From positions 392,547 through 456,546 of the forward strand of contig JBBDPM010000006.1 in assembly GCA_040876345.1 (NCBI GenBank): a stretch of DNA of 64,000 nt, read 5' to 3'. Both the position numbers and the translations under genes were made by a program. The notes under the pieces were generated by a model. That model was given only the letters and a program-made list of their open reading frames with translations. It searched no databases and was not told the DNA's origin. The DNA is from Candidatus Woykebacteria bacterium (GTDB lineage: Bacteria > Patescibacteriota > Microgenomatia > Woykebacterales > RBG-16-39-9b). How positions within the stretch are numbered: the first letter of the stretch is position 1; the number at the start of each line of letters is the position of its first letter. Shown here one piece after another: positions 28,927 to 38,213 of the stretch.

Positions 28927-29737
28927 ATAAATTCCCTTTCAAGACTTGGAGCTTGTATTGCTCACAGAGCTTTTCAGTTTTTTCTTTATCTTCTGAGCCA
29001 AATTCGACAATTATACAATCTCCTGGTGGAATTCTTCCGTGAGGAGAGAGAACGTATGAGCCTGGATCGTCAAGTTTTTTCTGAGTAAATATTTTGCCTT
29101 CTGTCTGATCCACAAATACTTGCAAACTTCCGGGGATGCCATCTGGACAAAGATCTCCATTTTGCCGCGATACAACGCCAGAGTTGGTGGGGACTTCAAG
29201 ACTCGTACTTGTTAATTGACCGCCGACAACCTGGAAAAACTTACCCAGACTGGCATCTTTCTGGTCTATAATAACTCCTTCCAGATGAATCCAACCATCA
29301 TTATGTTCGTGCAGGGCAGCTGTTCCGACTTTATTCGAAAAGCCCTTGGGGTCAATAATATCTAATTTTTTACCACAATCCCAAATCTCAAATTGAGCGT
29401 GCCAATGCACTGGTCCACCACTACTGCTTGCTAAGTTTAAACGCACCGTAGAGCCAGCTAAAAATACTGAGGCTAAAAGGGTTGGCACTACAATTCCTAC
29501 AAAAAGAATTTTTTTGAGGAGGCCGCTGGCATTTTTAAACAAAAAAGTCAGAACAACAAAAATAGTTATTAGTGCCGAGGCTACCAATACAACTTTTATT
29601 GAATTTGCCCGAGTTGCATCTTCCAGAGTTGAGGAGGCATCAGCTGAAGTTAAACCATAGGCAGCGGAGACTTTCGTAGGGAGGAAAAAAAATAGGCTAA
29701 GTAATACGGTTATTAATCTAGGCAGTTTTCTTAACAC
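28916..29737 (-). CDS. membrane-anchored periplasmic hypothetical protein with His motifs (HWHAQFEIWDCG, LHEHNDGWIH)
   Basis: 273 aa; N-terminal TM segments, several Cys/His clusters; adjacent to ccdA. Confidence 0.4.
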   Translation of the reverse strand: MLRKLPRLITVLLSLFFFLPTKVSAAYGLTSADASSTLEDATRANSIKVVLVASALITIFVVLTFLFKNASGLLKKILFVGIVVPTLLASVFLAGSTVRLNLASSSGGPVHWHAQFEIWDCGKKLDIIDPKGFSNKVGTAALHEHNDGWIHLEGVIIDQKDASLGKFFQVVGGQLTSTSLEVPTNSGVVSRQNGDLCPDGIPGSLQVFVDQTEGKIFTQKKLDDPGSYVLSPHGRIPPGDCIIVEFGSEDKEKTEKLCEQYKLQVLKGNLYGN

Positions 29738-29771
29738 CTTATTAAATTTATACCATAAAATATTTTATTAA

Positions 29772-29804
29772 GGTAGACCCCAAGCTTAAAGCTTGGGGTC
29801 TACC
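29772..29804. terminator. bidirectional Rho-independent terminator (perfect 15-bp palindrome)
   Basis: GGTAGACCCCAAGCTT-AA-AGCTTGGGGTCTACC flanked by A/T runs on both strands, between 28916..29737 and 29832..30473. Confidence 0.7.
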
Positions 29805-29831
29805 ATTTTAGCACTGATTAGTCTTAGGTTC

Positions 29832-30473
29832 TTATATTGATGTCTTGTTCTTTCTTAAACTTAAGACCAAGGCAGCTACTGCGACCACCAAAGCTGCGTA
29901 TGCAGACCAGGTGGTGAGCCGATCAGTACCGGGATTCTCGGTTTTGCTCTCCTGACCAGAAAGATCATCGACAACTTTAGTTGTCGAGTACGGCCCTAAA
30001 CCCTTCTTTTCCATTTCTTCTTGCTCTTCTTCACTCAAGTTTTCTTTGGGCTCCTGATCCCAAGACACCACCGTGCCGTCGGAATAAGTTTGGTAGGCTT
30101 TCCAGAGTAAATTGGCTTTTTCACCGGGAGCTTGGGCGCTGAAGAGAAACTCATCCCTTTGCCCCTCTGGTATTAACCCGCCTGTCCAATTTATCTCGAC
30201 CTCTTTAGCTTCTTCCCCCTTACCCTCTTTTTTTATCGCTATCTTCCATCCAGGCTTTACATTAGGAATCACGCTATCAAGACCCTCTGGTATAACAAGC
30301 CTCAGGGCTACAGTTGGTATTTCCATTTCATTGGGAACGCTAACCGTAAATACTTGACGAGCGGCGAGGCCAACCTCATCCGGTTTTACAACTACATGAG
30401 CGAACACACTTGTTGCGGCTAATCCAAGCATTATCGGTAAGAGAGCTAAACTAATGAATAACTTATTTCTCAT
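29832..30473 (-). CDS. YcnI-like (DUF1775) secreted copper-binding-type protein, C-terminal TM anchor
   Basis: signal peptide ending VFA then mature N-terminus HVVVKP (His1), acidic linker, C-terminal hydrophobic anchor; family call moderate. Confidence 0.5.
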   Translation of the reverse strand: MRNKLFISLALLPIMLGLAATSVFAHVVVKPDEVGLAARQVFTVSVPNEMEIPTVALRLVIPEGLDSVIPNVKPGWKIAIKKEGKGEEAKEVEINWTGGLIPEGQRDEFLFSAQAPGEKANLLWKAYQTYSDGTVVSWDQEPKENLSEEEQEEMEKKGLGPYSTTKVVDDLSGQESKTENPGTDRLTTWSAYAALVVAVAALVLSLRKNKTSI

Positions 30474-30523
30474 AAGAAAACTCCTTTCAATAAGAAATAC
30501 GCTTAAATAATAAAGACTGATGA

Positions 30524-31357
30524 TTAAGCCGCGTCGGGAGGGGATTTATTGTCGATTGATCTAAATTTTGATAGTGAAGGACTCTCATGTTCAATTTCTA
30601 ACAACAGCCCAGCCACATCGACAAAAGACTCCACACCAAGGGGCGTTATCGGTACAATCGGTTGCGCCATACAGCAGGGATGTTCTGACGAGTGTGATTG
30701 CTGGGTATCATGATTTTCATGATGACGGAACAATAAGAAACCTGATGGTAAAGCCTGATGTAGAACGAATGTGGCTATGATAATTAACAACCAAAATTTT
30801 GGGTTAGTTGATTTTTCACTTACTGACTCCTTAGATTTCCTCTTCAATCTAAAAATGAAAGAGAAGGTAGCTACGGCAGCTATAATTAACCCAATTGTCA
30901 TATAAAGTCCGCTAGAGTCTCCCTTAGAATCTGATGAATTTCCCAAACGCTCTCTAGATACCCTTAGATCGTAAGTGATATTAAAAGGCTGAAAAGCGTC
31001 TGGCTCCTTAGGAGTTCCTTTTAGGACTAGTGTGTAGACCGCTTTTTCTCGAAAGGTAAAGGAAAAACTTTCTGAGGTAAGACCAGTTTCTTGAATAAGC
31101 GGGGCGGAAAATATTTCTTTTCTGCTTCGTAAAATACTTACAGCACAACTGCAGTTTGAGGAATTGAATTTTCCGCTTTTATCTTTTATTTCAAAATAAA
31201 AGTCAGCCACTTCCCCCACATAGGGATCATCATCCGGATTTATATGAATAACCGCCCCGATTGAACCATCTGTTTTTAAGATGTGAGCCTCAACTGGGGA
31301 GGCCCCTAAGCTTAGTATCGATATGACCAGCAACGGGATAAGAAGAAGCTTTCTCAT
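30524..31357 (-). CDS. secreted membrane-anchored protein with mature N-terminal His, CxC and C-terminal His-rich (HHENHDTQQSHSSEHPCC) tail
   Basis: start taken at MRKLLLIPLLV; signal peptide ...PVEA then HILK; TM then His/Cys-rich tail. Confidence 0.4.
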   Translation of the reverse strand: MRKLLLIPLLVISILSLGASPVEAHILKTDGSIGAVIHINPDDDPYVGEVADFYFEIKDKSGKFNSSNCSCAVSILRSRKEIFSAPLIQETGLTSESFSFTFREKAVYTLVLKGTPKEPDAFQPFNITYDLRVSRERLGNSSDSKGDSSGLYMTIGLIIAAVATFSFIFRLKRKSKESVSEKSTNPKFWLLIIIATFVLHQALPSGFLLFRHHENHDTQQSHSSEHPCCMAQPIVPITPLGVESFVDVAGLLLEIEHESPSLSKFRSIDNKSPPDAA

Positions 31358-31364
31358 AGATAAT

Positions 31365-32921
31365 CTATTCAACTTTGACGGTAAAATAGGCAACAAATAG
31401 TTTGCCATTGTGATTAAACTGGGCAAACGCTCTGTAGACTCCAGCCTTAAAAGGCCCATAAATACCAATCGGTAAAAATTCGACAGTTGGTCCACCAGAG
31501 GCGTCCTTTACCGGCGGCGTCAAATTGTAAGGGTGGACGTGTAAATAATCGTAATTATCCTGTTTTATCATTACGAGATGCCCAAAGGCGTTTAAGTAGG
31601 GCTTTAAGTTGGTTACTGGCTCTTTGGTATTAGCATCTTTAATAGTAAAGCTGATTTTTTGTTTTCCCAAAGACATATCCGCTGCTTTTAACGGGGCGCC
31701 CGTAGATAACTCTACTTCATAATCACCAAAAATCTTAACTGGGTGGTGGTCGACAGGCTGGCTAGCTTTTACCTCTTTCTTTTCGCCAACTTGTAAGCTG
31801 AAAGCGATCTGCTGCTCAATTCCTCCGAAAGGCTGAAAGTTAGCGTAAAGACGGTAGGTTGAATCGTGGGGGAAGGAAGTAGTGATTACAAATTCGGCTC
31901 CTTTCTGCACTGGATGAATATGATCAAAGTAAGCTAACTCTCCATCCACAATAATTAAATGGAAAGTTTTTTCCCAGGGAGCTTTGAAAAGCGACACGGG
32001 AGAACCGCTGCTAGCATCAAAAACTTTAAACCTTAGGGTAGTTTTTTGTTTTGGTAAAATGCCCTCTTGATGATCAAAATTTACAGTATAACGCTTTGTT
32101 TTGTCTCCATCTAAACCTGGTGAATTGTTTGTGGTGGTGGAAGGGGCGGTTCCCTTTTGAGCCTCTTCGGCAAGCTTAATGTGTTGGGAGTGAATACCTA
32201 TCGACGTTGTGCCTTCATGTGGTGGCTTAAGATAAAAGCTTGCGTAAGTTATTAAACCTACTACCAACGCTAAGCTTAAACCTACTTTGGGCAGCCAAAG
32301 AAACTTCTCGGCTAAAAACCGGTCAAATCTTATTGCCTCCAAAATTAAAAGGACCGAAAGGGCCACGAAAAATATCTTTGGGATAGATGCCGACAAATCA
32401 ATAAAGTGGGTGCCAAGCATTAAGGCGTGAATTCCAATTAAGGTCGCCGCAATATATACCAATCGATGCAGCATCTTCCAACGTCTTCCAAGTTTCTGAA
32501 CCGCCCAATTAAATGAAGTAGCGGCCATAGAAGACAAGATCAGTAAAGCGATGAAACTGAGGCTGATTGCTTTTAAATAAGCGTTGCTAAGAAACCCAAG
32601 CCCTGAAAAGCCACCTAAAAGCCACCAAAAAGCTATTTGAGAGTGGAGCAGAGCAAAAAAGAAAGCCGAAACACCAATCCCCCTTCTGGCCACTAAATGA
32701 AGGGATTTAGTGGGTAGTCTGGGAAAAAGCTTGTATAAAGGGCTGGCTATTAGCGCCAAGTACAAATAAGTTACCGCTGTCAGAGCGTATATTTGGGCCA
32801 GTCTAATTTTTTGAAGATCGGCAGATTCTATATTCGTTTTTACGAATAAATAGATCAAGAGGGCTACCGCTGCACTAGTTATTAAAATTATTTTTCTTAT
32901 GTTCTTAATTAAAAAAATCAT
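31365..32921 (-). CDS. MsrQ/YedZ-like ferric-reductase-type heme b membrane domain fused to periplasmic His-motif domain
   Basis: N-domain LHLVARRGIGVSAFFFALLHS and LGRRWKMLHRLVYIAATLIGIH (MsrQ His pairs); C-domain with FDHIHPV and YLHVHPYN motifs; 518 aa. Confidence 0.55.
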   Translation of the reverse strand: MIFLIKNIRKIILITSAAVALLIYLFVKTNIESADLQKIRLAQIYALTAVTYLYLALIASPLYKLFPRLPTKSLHLVARRGIGVSAFFFALLHSQIAFWWLLGGFSGLGFLSNAYLKAISLSFIALLILSSMAATSFNWAVQKLGRRWKMLHRLVYIAATLIGIHALMLGTHFIDLSASIPKIFFVALSVLLILEAIRFDRFLAEKFLWLPKVGLSLALVVGLITYASFYLKPPHEGTTSIGIHSQHIKLAEEAQKGTAPSTTTNNSPGLDGDKTKRYTVNFDHQEGILPKQKTTLRFKVFDASSGSPVSLFKAPWEKTFHLIIVDGELAYFDHIHPVQKGAEFVITTSFPHDSTYRLYANFQPFGGIEQQIAFSLQVGEKKEVKASQPVDHHPVKIFGDYEVELSTGAPLKAADMSLGKQKISFTIKDANTKEPVTNLKPYLNAFGHLVMIKQDNYDYLHVHPYNLTPPVKDASGGPTVEFLPIGIYGPFKAGVYRAFAQFNHNGKLFVAYFTVKVE

Positions 32922-33802
32922 CTCTTTACCCGGCTTAAATAAATACTCAAACCAACAGAGCCCAGAACGAAGACTACTATTATATATAGTAAAGGTGACT
33001 TAGTTACATCTTTAGAACCAGCTGATTCTGTAACAACTGGAACTTTACCACCCACCGTACTAATATCAACAAATTTTAACGTTTCTCCTTCTCTGTCTAC
33101 CCTTACTCCAGTATGATCAATCAGTCCATTCTTATCCTTAACTTGAAGAAGAATAAAGCTTGTTGAAAACTCATCCGCGGTAAAGGAGCGCTGGGCGATT
33201 CTACCTTTTACATACTTATTCTCCCCCAAAAACCACTCCTCAGAATCTAGAGATGTGGAAGAATCGCTCCTAGACTGGCTCACAAATTTAATCTGCTTTC
33301 CCACCTTAAATTCTCCCTGCAGCAAGGCTATTTTTGCCTCCGGCATCTTATATTCTCTTGAGGCAACTACATCTATCTGCACACTATCCAAAAGGGTAAA
33401 CTCCGGAGAATCTGGAGATTTAGCCTCGATTGTGGTTAGGTAAGACCCAATTTTTTCATAAAGATGACTTTGATCAATACCATAGGAAAAGTCTTTTGTG
33501 TCGTCCCCCCACTTCCAGCGAAAGGTTGAGTTTTCGATTATCTCCTTAGGGGCCGAGAATTGTTTTGTGTCGATTAGAAACTGGATTGTCTCGTTAACTA
33601 AATACTTATCCGCTGCGTTGTCCCAGGAAATACCAGGTTTAAAAATAGAGTCCCCTAGATAATAAAGGTTAGTCTGGGCATACTTACCGTTTATTAAAAG
33701 GAAGGGTGGACCAGCGCCATGGGCCGACACAGGAACGGGTAAAAACATTGTCGTGATAATAGCTAATAAAATCAGAGAAACCAAAAAGCTCTTAAACATC
33801 AC
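32918..33802 (-). CDS. secreted hypothetical protein, mature N-terminal His, C-terminal TM anchor
   Basis: signal peptide ...PVSA then HGAGPP; C-terminal LLYIIVVFVLGSVGLSIYL anchor. Confidence 0.4.
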   Translation of the reverse strand: MMFKSFLVSLILLAIITTMFLPVPVSAHGAGPPFLLINGKYAQTNLYYLGDSIFKPGISWDNAADKYLVNETIQFLIDTKQFSAPKEIIENSTFRWKWGDDTKDFSYGIDQSHLYEKIGSYLTTIEAKSPDSPEFTLLDSVQIDVVASREYKMPEAKIALLQGEFKVGKQIKFVSQSRSDSSTSLDSEEWFLGENKYVKGRIAQRSFTADEFSTSFILLQVKDKNGLIDHTGVRVDREGETLKFVDISTVGGKVPVVTESAGSKDVTKSPLLYIIVVFVLGSVGLSIYLSRVKR

Positions 33803-33875
33803 AACCTATATTTTTACCACAAAAAGAACTTTTTCGCTAAGGGGTTTATATCGCTTCTTTGAGGATCAATATCTC

Positions 33876-36602
33876 CTAAGTTTTTGGTGCTGGAACACTG
33901 TTAGTAGCCTTGTCTAGGAAGCCGTCGAAAAATCTAAACACAACGTAGAGCGCAAGACCCACGACGACGATGTATCCCCAGTCGAACATGTCTATCGGGG
34001 AGAGTTCGAACCAGTTTGCAAAGAGGGGTACATAAACTATCAGTAGTTGGAGCAAAACAGCGGCCGCTATAGATATTGGTAGGAGCAGATTTGCTGTCCA
34101 AGGAATATTATAGTCGCTGCGAATGTTTACAAGTCTTATCAGTTCAAAAATAACTATTGAGATAAAAGCCACCGCCCGCGCCTCGCCAAGGCTTTCGGAA
34201 AGATTTATGTAAAAACCTAGTAAGACGGCTCCCGCCAGAATGAATCCAAAAAAAACAATCTCAAACCAAACTCTTTTGTTCATTATCTGTTCTTGGTATT
34301 TCCTTGGGGAATAGCGAAATATCCCTTTTTCAGCAGGATCAAGTCCTAGGGCTACTGCCGGAATACCATCGGTAACAATGTTTATCCACAAAAGCATCAC
34401 GGCTGTCAATATTACGTCTTGGAATAAAATTAGAGCCAGGAAGACCACGATAACTTCACCGACATTACAGGAAAGCAGGTAGTCTACAAATTTACGGATA
34501 TTGTCGAATATGCCTCTGCCTTCTTCAATGGCCGAAATTATCGTTCCGAATTTATCATCCAGAAGGACCATGTCAGAAGCTTCCTTAGCTACATCAGTAC
34601 CCGTGATACCCATCGCGATACCAATGTCAGCTTTCTTCAGAGCTGGAGCATCGTTTACACCGTCTCCAGTCATAGCTACAAGGTGCCCGTGCTTCTTCAA
34701 CCCTTCCACAATTTTGTATTTATGTTCCGGGTTTACCCTGGCGTAGATGTTTATCTTCTCGACTTTACTGCTAAACTCCTCATCGGAGAGCTTTTCAAGA
34801 TCAGCCCCAGAAATTGCCTCGCCTTTTATGCCAATCTCGGCAGCAACTGCTTTGGCGGTGTCCAGATGATCTCCAGTGATCATTACCACACTAATTCCGC
34901 TTTCGGTTGCTTGCTCTATCAATCCTCTAATATCTTCTCTTGGTGGATCCATCATTGCCTGCATTCCAACGAAGACTAGATCCTCCTCGACTTTTTCAGG
35001 ATCAGCCTTAGCTATCTTTTTGTAAGCAAATCCCAGCACCCTTAGAGCCTTGGCCGCCATTTTCCCGTTTTCCTGCAGAAACTTCTTTTTAGACTCCTCG
35101 GTCAAATCCGCTTCAGACCCATCTTTAATGAACTTTGAGCATTTGGAAAGTACGATTTCCGGAGCCCCTTTTGTGTAAACGAAAAGATCGCCATTTTCTT
35201 TTGAAACTACGCTCATCATCTTTCTCTCTGAGCTGAAAGGGACTTCGTTGACCCTCTCCCCAACTGATTTAAGACCGGCCTTGGAGGCCGAAACAATCAA
35301 AGCTGCCTCGGTTGGATCTCCTAGCACTTTCCCATCTTGCAGATGGGCATTGTTACAGGAAAGCCCACATTTGAGAATCATCTCAATTTCCTTAGGATTC
35401 GCTGGCGCACCGCCCTTTTCAAATTTACCTTCTATATCATAGCCTCGGCCGCTAACGCTGTAGCTCGCCCCGTCAAAATATATCTCTCTCACGGTCATCT
35501 CACCCTTGGTTAGAGTTCCGGTCTTATCTGCACAAATCACGTCCACGCTTCCGAGAGTCTCCACGCTGGTCAGTTTTCTCACCAAAGCATTTTTCTTCAA
35601 CATTCTCTGCGTGCCAAAGGCCAAGGATATGGTAACTACCGCTGGCAACCCTTCCGGAATTGCGGCTACTGCCAGAGCAACCGCGGCAATAAATGAATGG
35701 AGGACTCTCTGAAGCAGGCTAAGATGGGCAAAGTCTTTGGCAAAAAAGACAATAAATACAAAAACTACGGTGCTAACCGCTAGAGTCCCATACCCCAAAA
35801 TCTTCCCCAGTTTATCAAGCCTTTTTTGAATCGGAGTCTCTTCGTCTTCAGTTTCGGCAACTGAAGTGGCAATCTTACCAATCTCAGTCGAGTCTCCAGT
35901 AGCTACCACAATTCCTCTGCCCCGACCGCTGGTTATAGAAGTGCCCGAGAAAACCATATTTTTTTGATCGGCGATTTGTAAATCGCCTTCGAGGCTGTCG
36001 GCGATTTTATTAACGGGTGTGGACTCCCCAGTTAGAGAAGCTTCGTTTGTTTGAAGACTAGCTAACTCAATTATCCTTATATCGGCGGGAACTTTTTCAC
36101 CCTCTTCTAAAACAACCAAGTCTCCCGGAACAAGCTCGCTGGTGTCTATTTCCTTGGTTACCCCTTCCCTTATCACCTTTGCCTTAAAGGCTAATAGCTT
36201 TTTCAAAGCTTCAATCGCTTTTTCCGCTCTGTATTCTTGAAAAAAGCCTAAAACGGCTATCATAATAACGATGGCGAGAATTAGCCCCGCCTCAATTAAA
36301 TCCGATTGATCCCTACCGCCGAAAAAATAAACAAGTAGCGTCATAGCTGCGGAAGCCAGTAAGATAATCGTTAGAAGGTTTTTAAACTGGTCGACTAGAA
36401 TAACCAGCGGGGAGATTCTTTTCGCCTCAGTTAGTTTGTTGGGGCCGTATTTTTCAAGACGAGCTTTTACTTCTGCTAAGCTTAAACCCTTTTCACTCGA
36501 ATCCAGATTTTTTAATACTTCTTCTTTTGAAAGTAAATAGACGTGCTTTTCGGAGGTTTGCGACATTAATTTAAGCATAATCAAATTAATTTCACTATGC
36601 AA
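33876..36602 (-). CDS. P2-type cation-transporting ATPase (Ca2+/Mn2+ pump family)
   Basis: TGES, CADKTGTLT phosphorylation site, AIPEGLPAV TM4 motif, TGDHLDTA, GDGVNDAPALKKADIGIAMG; ~908 aa. Confidence 0.9.
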   Translation of the reverse strand: MHSEINLIMLKLMSQTSEKHVYLLSKEEVLKNLDSSEKGLSLAEVKARLEKYGPNKLTEAKRISPLVILVDQFKNLLTIILLASAAMTLLVYFFGGRDQSDLIEAGLILAIVIMIAVLGFFQEYRAEKAIEALKKLLAFKAKVIREGVTKEIDTSELVPGDLVVLEEGEKVPADIRIIELASLQTNEASLTGESTPVNKIADSLEGDLQIADQKNMVFSGTSITSGRGRGIVVATGDSTEIGKIATSVAETEDEETPIQKRLDKLGKILGYGTLAVSTVVFVFIVFFAKDFAHLSLLQRVLHSFIAAVALAVAAIPEGLPAVVTISLAFGTQRMLKKNALVRKLTSVETLGSVDVICADKTGTLTKGEMTVREIYFDGASYSVSGRGYDIEGKFEKGGAPANPKEIEMILKCGLSCNNAHLQDGKVLGDPTEAALIVSASKAGLKSVGERVNEVPFSSERKMMSVVSKENGDLFVYTKGAPEIVLSKCSKFIKDGSEADLTEESKKKFLQENGKMAAKALRVLGFAYKKIAKADPEKVEEDLVFVGMQAMMDPPREDIRGLIEQATESGISVVMITGDHLDTAKAVAAEIGIKGEAISGADLEKLSDEEFSSKVEKINIYARVNPEHKYKIVEGLKKHGHLVAMTGDGVNDAPALKKADIGIAMGITGTDVAKEASDMVLLDDKFGTIISAIEEGRGIFDNIRKFVDYLLSCNVGEVIVVFLALILFQDVILTAVMLLWINIVTDGIPAVALGLDPAEKGIFRYSPRKYQEQIMNKRVWFEIVFFGFILAGAVLLGFYINLSESLGEARAVAFISIVIFELIRLVNIRSDYNIPWTANLLLPISIAAAVLLQLLIVYVPLFANWFELSPIDMFDWGYIVVVGLALYVVFRFFDGFLDKATNSVPAPKT

Positions 36603-36646
36603 TAAGAATTGACAACAACTCTCCTTCCAGGTAAAATTAATTTGTT

Positions 36647-36838
36647 ATGGGGCTTTTTGGCGGTGATGACAAAAAGGAAGAAGTAAAAACTTGTCCCAAC
36701 TGTGGTAAGGAATTAAAACCTGGTGAGGGTATCCGAAAAGAAAACGGCCATTTTTGTTGTGACAAATGCTGCGAGGTGGGACCAAGGATTGAGGAAAAGA
36801 AGAAACAAGGTAAACCTCTTACTTGCGAGTTTTGCTAA
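36647..36838 (+). CDS. TRASH/YHS-like Cys-rich metal-binding mini-protein
   Basis: 63 aa, CPNCGKELKPGEGIRKENGHFCCDKCCE fits C..CG...nG..FCs..C pattern; divergent from P-type ATPase. Confidence 0.45.
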   Translation: MGLFGGDDKKEEVKTCPNCGKELKPGEGIRKENGHFCCDKCCEVGPRIEEKKKQGKPLTCEFC

Positions 36839-37134
36839 TACCTCGTAAAAAACTTCCCGATAATTTCCTTGCTTGAAATGTATCCAAAGCTACGGCTGTC
36901 TTGACTGTCCTCTTGATTAAGACCAACTACGTAGTAGCTTTTATCTAAGATTTTTTTCACTTTTTTGAGGGCTATCTTTCCCTTATCGTGGCGGTCGCGA
37001 AAAGCAATAATATCGCCTATCGTAGGATCGGAAAAAATGTACGCCCAACGATTTATTATAATGCGCTGGCCAGAATAAAAATCTGGCTCCATACTGTGGC
37101 CGACTATTTTGAAGCGCTCTAAGGGAAACCGCAT
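36835..37134 (-). CDS. sodX: SodX-like S26 (signal-peptidase-I-type) maturation protease for Ni-SOD
   Basis: GHSMEP catalytic Ser box and VVGLNQEDSQDSRSFGYI box E; immediately downstream of sodN with 1-nt overlap. Confidence 0.65.
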   Translation of the reverse strand: MRFPLERFKIVGHSMEPDFYSGQRIIINRWAYIFSDPTIGDIIAFRDRHDKGKIALKKVKKILDKSYYVVGLNQEDSQDSRSFGYISSKEIIGKFFTRY

Positions 37135-37628
37135 TACCCTTTTGTGGGAAGAACTATCTCACCACCTGATGGATAGTTAGAAGGGGCTTTAGTAGGTTTA
37201 ACTCCCTTAGTCTCCCAGAAAATTTCGGTAAAGTCTTGCACTTTAGCTAATAATTGCTCCGAGGCTTCTGGGTTAATTTCTTGGCGAACCTTTGAAGAGA
37301 GTTTCATTATTTCGAAAACCAGAGAGTGTAATTTAGGATATCTCTCAAGGTGTTCTGGCTTGAAATAGTCGCCCCAAATAACCCTAACTTCTTTCTTTAC
37401 TAGTTCAGCGTGTTCTTCTTTGACAAGTGTGTAGCGAGCAAGTTTGTGCTCTCTATCTTTACTATCTTCATCTGGCAACTCGTTGATAAGAGCAGTCATT
37501 CGAATAACGGTGTGGGCGGCTACTTGAGCTAAGTGTGGGTCATAAATTCCACAAGGAATATCGCAATGGGCATAAATAGTTTTTGGTGTGGAAATCTTAT
37601 CGATCGCTCTTAGCAAAACCTTAATCAT
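37134..37628 (-). CDS. sodN: nickel superoxide dismutase precursor (Ni-SOD)
   Basis: 20-aa leader then HCDIPCGIYDP Ni-hook (His-Cys-x-x-Pro-Cys-Gly-x-Tyr); 164 aa. Confidence 0.85.
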   Translation of the reverse strand: MIKVLLRAIDKISTPKTIYAHCDIPCGIYDPHLAQVAAHTVIRMTALINELPDEDSKDREHKLARYTLVKEEHAELVKKEVRVIWGDYFKPEHLERYPKLHSLVFEIMKLSSKVRQEINPEASEQLLAKVQDFTEIFWETKGVKPTKAPSNYPSGGEIVLPTKG

Positions 37629-37734
37629 AAATTCCTCCCTACGGGAAATAATTTAGCAGACAAATAAGGTAAAGTAAACAACCAACTAGAGGTTGAACCT
37701 ACTTGAACTTAATGGTAAAATTGCAATCTGTTAT

Positions 37735-37809
37735 TCCCCGGTAGCTCAATGGTAGAGCGCGCGACTGTTAATCGCTAGGTTGTAGGTTCGAGTCCTACCC
37801 GGGGAGCCA
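37735..37809 (+). tRNA. tRNA-Asn (anticodon GTT)
   Basis: 7-bp acceptor TCCCCGG/CCGGGGA, D and T arms (GTAGG-TTCGAGT-CCTAC), anticodon loop cTGTTaa, 3' CCA encoded. Confidence 0.85.
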
Positions 37810-38187
37810 ATTTTGAGTTTTTGCGTGTGAGAGGATTACATCAAAGGGCTTTTGGAGTGTTATATCAAGACTTTTTCCGTTCCAATTAGAGTTCTGAAAT
37901 AGGTATTTTAGCAATTCTCTCTTTTCTTCCAAATCCGCTTTTTCGAATAGCTCGTAAGCTCGACTTGCCAGTTCTAACACTTTTGTAGCTTCAATGTAGT
38001 AGGTCTCGTCAGCCTTGCTGTGTCGTTCGCTTTGAGTAAGTATATCGTTCTGCTTATTCTTGTATTCTTTGAATTTCTTGTCATAGAAATCTTGAGTAAT
38101 CCACCGCACAACGTAGAGGCGGGTTAAATTTTTTCTTGGTTTTGGAATCGAATCCCTGTGAGAGCCCATTAGTCGCAAAGCGATCAT
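37795..38187 (-). CDS. hypothetical protein abutting tRNA-Asn 3' end (possible remnant of integrated element)
   Basis: 130-aa ORF whose last codons are read from the tRNA 3' end; no recognisable motif. Confidence 0.3.
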   Translation of the reverse strand: MIALRLMGSHRDSIPKPRKNLTRLYVVRWITQDFYDKKFKEYKNKQNDILTQSERHSKADETYYIEATKVLELASRAYELFEKADLEEKRELLKYLFQNSNWNGKSLDITLQKPFDVILSHAKTQNWLPG

Positions 38188-38213
38188 TAGAAGCGAAGCG
38201 ACGCGTAAATCTC

